From Aciduliprofundum boonei T469 (GTDB lineage: Archaea; Thermoplasmatota; Thermoplasmata; Thermoplasmatales; Aciduliprofundaceae), in contig NC_013926.1 of the NCBI RefSeq assembly GCF_000025665.1, positions 330,001 through 362,000 on the forward strand: 32,000 nt of DNA. The letters are read 5' to 3'. Numbering within the stretch: the first letter of the stretch is position 1; each line of letters opens with the position of its first letter. Below the pieces are notes generated by a model. That model saw only the letters and a list, made by a program, of their open reading frames with translations, was not told where the DNA came from and did no database searches. The position numbers and the translations under genes are program-made. Positions 26,735 through 32,000 of this stretch are shown in pieces.

Positions 26735-27233
26735 ATTCACTCTCCGCATCTAACACCTCTTCCCAAGAGCTTGAATTGGCATAAGCTTCCAATGGCTCGC
26801 GGTTCATAACGAAAAAATTTGGACCCCATTTGAATATGTTCATTATCTTATGCGCCTGCTCCTTATAGCCCAGAATGTACAAAGCGGCTGCTAACGCCTC
26901 TGCACTGCTAAGCTGCCAAGGATGTCCCCAGTTCGTGGGATTTACAGCTACAAGATACGGTAAGCGGCGAAAATTTCCACGCAATCTGTAAAACACCTCC
27001 CTCGCATTTTTCCAAGAGCAATCCACAGCGCTAACTCCTTGTCTCTCTGCTGTGCGTCTATCCGCAGGGGATAAAACTCTTCTTGTGTAAGGTGATAAGA
27101 TTATACTACCCCTAGGAATGTGAGAAATTTGAGATGTTAACTTTGCATAATTAAATCTACTTAGTTTCTTCGCCGTGCATTTTTTAGGGTCATCCTGATT
27201 TAAGTGCAAAATGTATAATTTAATCTCTTCCAC
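26727..27233 (-). CDS. tsr3: 16S/18S rRNA aminocarboxypropyltransferase Tsr3.
   Basis: Family motifs are LHLNQDDPKKCTAKKL and DCSW, within VDCSWKNA. The protein is 168 aa with a GTG start. Confidence 0.85.
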   Translation of the reverse strand: MEEIKLYILHLNQDDPKKCTAKKLSRFNYAKLTSQISHIPRGSIILSPYTRRVLSPADRRTAERQGVSAVDCSWKNAREVFYRLRGNFRRLPYLVAVNPTNWGHPWQLSSAEALAAALYILGYKEQAHKIMNIFKWGPNFFVMNREPLEAYANSSSWEEVLDAESEFM

Positions 27234-27259
27234 AAAAAGAGAAAAGAAAGTTGTATTAA

Positions 27260-29998
27260 TTACTTTCTGGGATGCTTTATCTGTGCTTGAGCTGCTGCCA
27301 ATCTTGCAATAGGCACACGATATGGAGAGCAGGACACATAATTCAATCCAGCCATGTGGAAGAACTCTATGCTCTTAGGATCTCCACCGTGCTCTCCACA
27401 TATGCCCGCTTCCAGGTTAGGATTTGTCTTTCTTCCCTTCTCAACTCCCATTCTCACCAACTGTCCAACTCCATCCCAGTCCAAACTCTTGAATGGGTCA
27501 TCCTTGAGTATTCCCATTTCCACATACTTCTTAAGGAATTTGGCCTGTGCATCGTCTCTGCTGTATCCAAATGTCATCTGTGTCAAATCATTTGTACCGA
27601 AGGAGAAGAACTCGGCGTACTTGGCAATTTCATCAGCAGTGAGAGCTGCCCTCGGAATCTCTATCATCGTGCCAAACATGTACTTTATCTCTTCACCTGA
27701 TTTCTCCATCTCTTCCTTGGCAACTTTTTCCAAATCCTCCTTGAGGAGCTTCAGTTCATTTACATGCCCTATGAGAGGTATCATTATCTCGGGATATATC
27801 TCCTTGCCCTCATTCTTAACCTGAATAGCCGCTTGAATTATCGCGCGAACCTGCATCTCGTATATTTCTGGGTATATTATTCCAAGGCGGCAGCCACGGA
27901 ATCCCAGCATGGGATTGAATTCGTGGAGCTCGTTAACCACACTAAGAATTCTCTTCTTCTCGTTTATCTGTGAGAGCAGCAAATCCATTTCTCTGAGGCT
28001 TGTGACCTCTTTCAATTTCATCTTTAACTCATTAATCTCCTCTGTAAGTTCCTCTCTGCTTGGCAAGAACTCGTGCAAAGGTGGGTCTAGGAGGCGAATT
28101 ATAACTGGATAACCCTCCATTGTGCGGAAGAACTCCACAAAGTCGCTACGCTGCATTACCAGAAGTTTATCCAGTGCCTTAACTCTATCTTCCTTGCTCT
28201 GAGCCATTATCATTTCTTGCATAATCGGTAAGCGATCCTCGCCAAAGAACATATGCTCAGTCCTTGCTAGTCCTATACCCTCCGCCCCGAACTCTCTTGC
28301 TTTAGTAGCCTGCTCAGGAGTATCCGCATTGGCCCTAACTCCGAGAACCCTTATCTCATCTGCCCATTCAAGTATCTTCTCAAGGTTTCCGCTAATTGAA
28401 GGTGGAATTAAAGGTACCTCTCCAAGATAAACCTCGCCGGTGGTACCATCAATGGTTATAATATCCCCCTCGTTTATCCTGTGGCCACGGGCAATAAAAT
28501 ACCCTTCTTTCATATTTATACTCAACTCTTCACATCCAACAACAGCAGGCTTTCCCATGGCTCTAGCAACCACTGCTGCATGGGATGTCATACCTCCCCT
28601 GGCAGTGAGTATGCCTTGTGCAGCATTCATTCCATGGATATCGTCAGGTGTGGTTTCAGGCCTAACTAAAAGAACCTTTTCACCTTTTTCCGCAAGCTCC
28701 ACAGCCTTATCTGGGTCAAATACCACCTTACCCAGCGCAGCACCAGGGCTTGCAGCAAGACCTTTTGCAATAACCTCTTTCTTTGCCTTGGGATCAATCT
28801 GAGGATGTAAAAGAGTATCAACATTCTCAGGAGTTACGCGCATTATGGCTTCTTCTTTTGTAATCAATCCCTCATCAACCATCTCAACTGCGATGCGCAC
28901 AGCTGCGGCTGCAGTCCTTTTGCCATTTCTCGTCTGCAAGAGATATAACTTACCCTTTTCCACAGTGAATTCAATATCCTGCATATCCTTGTAATGCTTC
29001 TCAAGAAGTTCTGCCACATTCTTTAACTGCTCATACACATCGGGCATACTCTCTTCCATTGTTGGCAAATCACGATTTGCATCCTGCTTGCTGTACTCAT
29101 TTATTGCATGGGGAGTGCGAATTCCAGCCACAACATCCTCGCCCTGAGCATTTGGCAAGAACTCTCCATAAAGATGCTTCTCTCCAGTCCTTGGATCACG
29201 GGTGAATGCAACGCCAGTGCCGCTATCATCACCCATATTACCAAAGACCATCATAACAACATTAACGGCAGTACCCATATCATCTGGTATCTTGTTTATC
29301 TTACGATAAACTATGGCACGCTCATTGTTCCAAGAATCAAACACCGCTTTTATAGCCATTCTAAGCTGCTCATACGGGTCTTGCGGAAATTCATACCCAT
29401 GTCTTCTGTAAACCTCTTTGTATTTTTCAACAAGTTCTTTAAGGGCCTCTACATCTAAATCGACATCTTGCTTTGCACCGTATTTTTCCTTAATCTTTTC
29501 AAGCTCTTCTTCAAATTCATTATGTTCAATCCCAAGAACCACATTACCAAACATCTGAATAAGACGGCGATACGCATCCCAAGCAAATCTTGGGTTGTTG
29601 GTCTGCTTTGCAAGGCCTTCAACACTCTTCTCTGTAAGACCCAAATTTAGAATTGTATCCATCATTCCAGGCATGCTTATTGGGGCTCCTGAACGAACTG
29701 ACACAAGGAGAGGATTATCATCGCTTCCAAATTTCTTCCCTGTGTGCTCCTCAAGTTTCTTTGTGGCTTCAAGAACTTCATCCCAAAGTCCCTGCGGGAA
29801 TCCTTTCTCTTCAAAATATTTCATGCAGGTCTCTGTCGTTATCGTGTAGCCTGGAGGGACAGGTAGACCTATGCGAGTCATCTCTGCCAGTCCGGCTCCC
29901 TTTCCTCCCAGTAACTTTTTCTTATCGCTCATTGTCGGTGCCACTTCATTGAGTTTCTCCAAATCCTCTTTCAGGAAATATGCATATATGTACTTCAT
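27260..29998 (-). CDS. ppdK: Pyruvate, phosphate dikinase.
   Basis: Motifs are GGKGAGLAEM, the phosphohistidine loop GGMTSHAAVVARAMG, and a C-terminal CGEHGGDP. I prefer the start at ATG 29998 or 30004 (MKMKYIYAYF), with GGTGA just upstream of 29998 and a TATA-like box at 30032-30039. The listed 962-aa form adds 48-50 non-conserved codons. Confidence 0.93.
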   Translation of the reverse strand: MKYIYAYFLKEDLEKLNEVAPTMSDKKKLLGGKGAGLAEMTRIGLPVPPGYTITTETCMKYFEEKGFPQGLWDEVLEATKKLEEHTGKKFGSDDNPLLVSVRSGAPISMPGMMDTILNLGLTEKSVEGLAKQTNNPRFAWDAYRRLIQMFGNVVLGIEHNEFEEELEKIKEKYGAKQDVDLDVEALKELVEKYKEVYRRHGYEFPQDPYEQLRMAIKAVFDSWNNERAIVYRKINKIPDDMGTAVNVVMMVFGNMGDDSGTGVAFTRDPRTGEKHLYGEFLPNAQGEDVVAGIRTPHAINEYSKQDANRDLPTMEESMPDVYEQLKNVAELLEKHYKDMQDIEFTVEKGKLYLLQTRNGKRTAAAAVRIAVEMVDEGLITKEEAIMRVTPENVDTLLHPQIDPKAKKEVIAKGLAASPGAALGKVVFDPDKAVELAEKGEKVLLVRPETTPDDIHGMNAAQGILTARGGMTSHAAVVARAMGKPAVVGCEELSINMKEGYFIARGHRINEGDIITIDGTTGEVYLGEVPLIPPSISGNLEKILEWADEIRVLGVRANADTPEQATKAREFGAEGIGLARTEHMFFGEDRLPIMQEMIMAQSKEDRVKALDKLLVMQRSDFVEFFRTMEGYPVIIRLLDPPLHEFLPSREELTEEINELKMKLKEVTSLREMDLLLSQINEKKRILSVVNELHEFNPMLGFRGCRLGIIYPEIYEMQVRAIIQAAIQVKNEGKEIYPEIMIPLIGHVNELKLLKEDLEKVAKEEMEKSGEEIKYMFGTMIEIPRAALTADEIAKYAEFFSFGTNDLTQMTFGYSRDDAQAKFLKKYVEMGILKDDPFKSLDWDGVGQLVRMGVEKGRKTNPNLEAGICGEHGGDPKSIEFFHMAGLNYVSCSPYRVPIARLAAAQAQIKHPRK

Positions 29999-30031
29999 TT
30001 TCATCACCTTTGAGTTGGGAATTATGAAAGC

Positions 30032-30039
30032 ATATAAAT
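30032..30039 (-). promoter_or_regulatory. TATA-like box for ppdK.
   Basis: The minus strand reads atttatat, about 30-35 nt upstream of the ATGs at 30004 and 29998. Confidence 0.4.
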
Positions 30040-30119
30040 ACCTTCTCAATGAGAAATATAAGATGCTTGAAAATATAGATGTTCTATCAAAGACATCCTG
30101 GGGAGTTGAGAAATAGAGC

Positions 30120-30332
30120 ATGCTTATAGGGTTAATCATTGTAGCCACTGCAGCTTATGGTATTAACCCAAGTATGAATCTTTACAGAGAATTTAAATCA
30201 TCAGCTATGTTGAGAGGGATATCCAAAGAATCGGCGGAAAACATTTACAAGATAAAAGATGAAGAGGTGAATATCACCCTTTTTGTAGTATCTCTTGTGC
30301 TAATTAGTGTGAGGTGGGATGGATTGTTCTAA
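30120..30332 (+). CDS. Possible small membrane protein of 70 aa. Coding status is uncertain.
   Basis: Hydrophobic segments occur at both ends. The ORF occupies an otherwise unexplained 365-nt gap between ppdK and the next gene. I recognise no family and see no clear SD motif. Confidence 0.3.
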   Translation: MLIGLIIVATAAYGINPSMNLYREFKSSAMLRGISKESAENIYKIKDEEVNITLFVVSLVLISVRWDGLF

Positions 30333-30369
30333 TCGCAAATAATTTTATATTCTAACTCTATGGTGCCCT

Positions 30370-30774
30370 ATGAAAGAAGAGATTAAGATATTGAAGAGCT
30401 TTCTCACCGTGGACTCTCCGGCAGTGCTATTGACGCCCTGCGAATTAAAAAATAAAGATTGGGTTTCTGAGTTAAATTATAGCGAGATAAAATGTACAAG
30501 CTTAGATTGCCAAGAGGAAGATAAAGATTGTATAAAAATGAATCCTCAGGGTCTATATCTGCCCCTTCACAGATTTCATGCTTGGATCATCGACCCAGAA
30601 TATTTTATATACACTCCAGGTTATGCTTTTTACCTTGGGAGAAGTTCTCTCAAAGAGTTCGGCATAATAGCCCTGACTTCACTCGTAGATGATGCCATGG
30701 ACTCCATCGCCCTGAGTTACGGATTTCAGATCCTTCACCACGGCAACTGGCATTATTATCTAAAAGCCACTTAG
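30370..30774 (+). CDS. Hypothetical cytosolic protein of 134 aa with four Cys in the N-terminal half.
   Basis: It is a clean ORF with native-looking composition. I recognise no family. Confidence 0.5.
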   Translation: MKEEIKILKSFLTVDSPAVLLTPCELKNKDWVSELNYSEIKCTSLDCQEEDKDCIKMNPQGLYLPLHRFHAWIIDPEYFIYTPGYAFYLGRSSLKEFGIIALTSLVDDAMDSIALSYGFQILHHGNWHYYLKAT

Positions 30775-30839
30775 AGTTATCTCAATTTCCACCAAAACGC
30801 AGAAACTTATAAATATATAAAATCACATAATGAATATGG

Positions 30840-31676
30840 GTGATATTTGTGAAAAGGGGCATCGGGATTCTTGTAATAATGTTTGCCATTTTAATGGTGG
30901 CAACAACGGTAAGCGCTCAAACTTTAAATTTTGAGCAAAGTGCTACTTCCGGCAATGTTCTCAACGGAAAAATAGATATAGTGAAGATAGGGGGCTATGC
31001 ACAAGGAGATTACCAGTATTTTTATGTAGTAACAAAAGATAGTGGAATAAATTCACCACCATCCAACTCTGTATACACATTAACAATAGCTATTGAGGCT
31101 AAGGTTGACGGAAAAGATGTGACAGATTATGTAGACATTGTAGTTACATGGACTAATGACAATGGAAATGTGAAAACCCAAGCTATTTTCACCACCTCCA
31201 GCGGCGGAATGTCCACACTAGGAAACAATGATTTAGTCATCTCTGGGAATAAGGTAACTGTGAGGGTACCAGCCACACTATTCCAAGATGTAACTATTTA
31301 CAATGTAGAATTCACCACGGTAAGTACCGGAGGAGGGCAGTTTGCAGGAGATCAAGTGACTTACTATCCAAACTCATCCAGCTCTGGTGAAAGTGGCAAT
31401 AATGATGAAACAGGAACAACAGAAAATGAGTATCCTGAAATGTGGTGGCTAGGTCCCGTGGCAAGTATTGCATGCGTAGCAATATGGTTTATCATATGGA
31501 TTCTTATAGCATTATGGGCATATAAAGATGCAAAGAAGAAGTGCAATGAACATCCGGGCTTGTGGTTCGTAGTAGTATTGCTCTTAGGACTTATAGGAAT
31601 TATAATCTATGTGATTGTTGTAAAGGACGAGTGCAATAAACAGCAAGTTTATGTGCCACCACCACCGCCTTCTTAA
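30840..31676 (+). CDS. Secreted, membrane-anchored protein. In order it has a signal peptide, a beta-rich ectodomain, an acidic S/G/N/E/T linker, a PLDc_N-like two-TM hairpin and a poly-Pro tail.
   Basis: The signal peptide is ...GILVIMFAILMVATTVSA/QT. The C-terminus IWFIIWILIALWAYKDAKKKCNEHPGLWFVVVLLLGLIGIIIYVIV matches the short PLDc_N hairpin pattern. The protein ends VPPPPPS. The start is GTG 30840 or GTG 30849, with the TATA-like acttataaatatataaaa at 30805-30822. Confidence 0.65.
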   Translation: MIFVKRGIGILVIMFAILMVATTVSAQTLNFEQSATSGNVLNGKIDIVKIGGYAQGDYQYFYVVTKDSGINSPPSNSVYTLTIAIEAKVDGKDVTDYVDIVVTWTNDNGNVKTQAIFTTSSGGMSTLGNNDLVISGNKVTVRVPATLFQDVTIYNVEFTTVSTGGGQFAGDQVTYYPNSSSSGESGNNDETGTTENEYPEMWWLGPVASIACVAIWFIIWILIALWAYKDAKKKCNEHPGLWFVVVLLLGLIGIIIYVIVVKDECNKQQVYVPPPPPS

Positions 31677-32000
31677 ACCTCTCTATTTTTTATTTCCAAT
31701 GAAAAATTTATGTGCTTGGCAGAATGAGTTATAAAACCCATAGATATGATATCCACATCGCACTTAGCGTAGTCCTCCAGGGTATCTGGTGTTATTCCTC
31801 CTGAAACTTCTATCAATACACGGTATCTTCTTAACTTCTTTGCTATTTTGCAAACTTCCTCCGGTGAGAGATTGTCCAGCATAATTATGTCCACATCAAG
31901 CTCTGCAGCTTTTATAGCATCTTTCTCATTTTCAACTTCAACTTCAATCTTCTTTGTAAAACTAGCCCTTTTAGCCCTTTTTATTGCCTCTTCTAGTCCA
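31673..32000 (-). CDS. nadC: Nicotinate-nucleotide pyrophosphorylase (carboxylating), C-terminal part. The gene continues beyond the window.
   Basis: The frame is open to the window edge (...KKIEVEVENEKDAIKAAELDVDIIMLDNLSPEE...IEVSGGIT...ISMGFITHSAKHINFSLEI). The listed start at 31894 is an internal GTG. Confidence 0.85.
   Translation of the reverse strand, partial: GLEEAIKRAKRASFTKKIEVEVENEKDAIKAAELDVDIIMLDNLSPEEVCKIAKKLRRYRVLIEVSGGITPDTLEDYAKCDVDIISMGFITHSAKHINFSLEIKNREV

Noticed and set aside
29999-30148. The N-terminal extension of the ppdK ORF (MATMINPISMLYF...), which gives the 962-aa form.
   Set aside because: PPDK homology begins at MKMKYIYAYF. A GGTGA motif and a TATA-like box lie inside the supposed extension, and the extension would collide with the divergent 70-aa ORF.

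Overview
The window is a densely packed, AT-rich chromosomal segment, nearly all coding by eye (GC not computed). Gene content indicates an archaeon, probably a thermophilic euryarchaeote given the K/E/I-rich proteins; I cannot assign a genus from sequence alone. Archaeal markers are the HMG-CoA synthase/thiolase/DUF35 trio, Pelota, Tsr3, ribose-1,5-bisphosphate isomerase plus AMP phosphorylase, and a presenilin-type protease. I support about 35 protein-coding genes, most of them housekeeping: guaB, the AMP-salvage pair, topA, sufCB, the mevalonate entry trio, pelota, dCMP deaminase, serS, nnr, a GNAT, an ADH, an AlkA-like glycosylase, tsr3, ppdK and partial nadC. I found no tRNA, rRNA, CRISPR array, transposase, integrase or recognisable defence system. 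First genes of transcription units usually have an A/T-rich TATA-like box about 24-33 nt upstream of the start codon, which suggests leaderless or very short leaders. Internal operon genes have GGAGG or GGTGA Shine-Dalgarno motifs and often overlap the preceding gene. I do not see a clear-cut new system. The best leads are: (1) a Mut7-C/PIN-like nuclease gene translationally coupled to pelota; (2) a five-gene membrane-associated MoxR/DUF58/DUF4129-like operon; (3) an uncharacterised cluster at 30.1-31.7 kb that includes a secreted protein with a PLDc_N-like hairpin and a poly-Pro tail; (4) an orphan, C-terminally anchored ZnuA/TroA-like binding protein with a palindrome over its predicted transcription start, next to a presenilin homolog; (5) a 5'-truncated FN3-repeat surface protein with near-identical DNA repeats. 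Every family assignment rests on motifs read from the supplied translations, and no database search was run.
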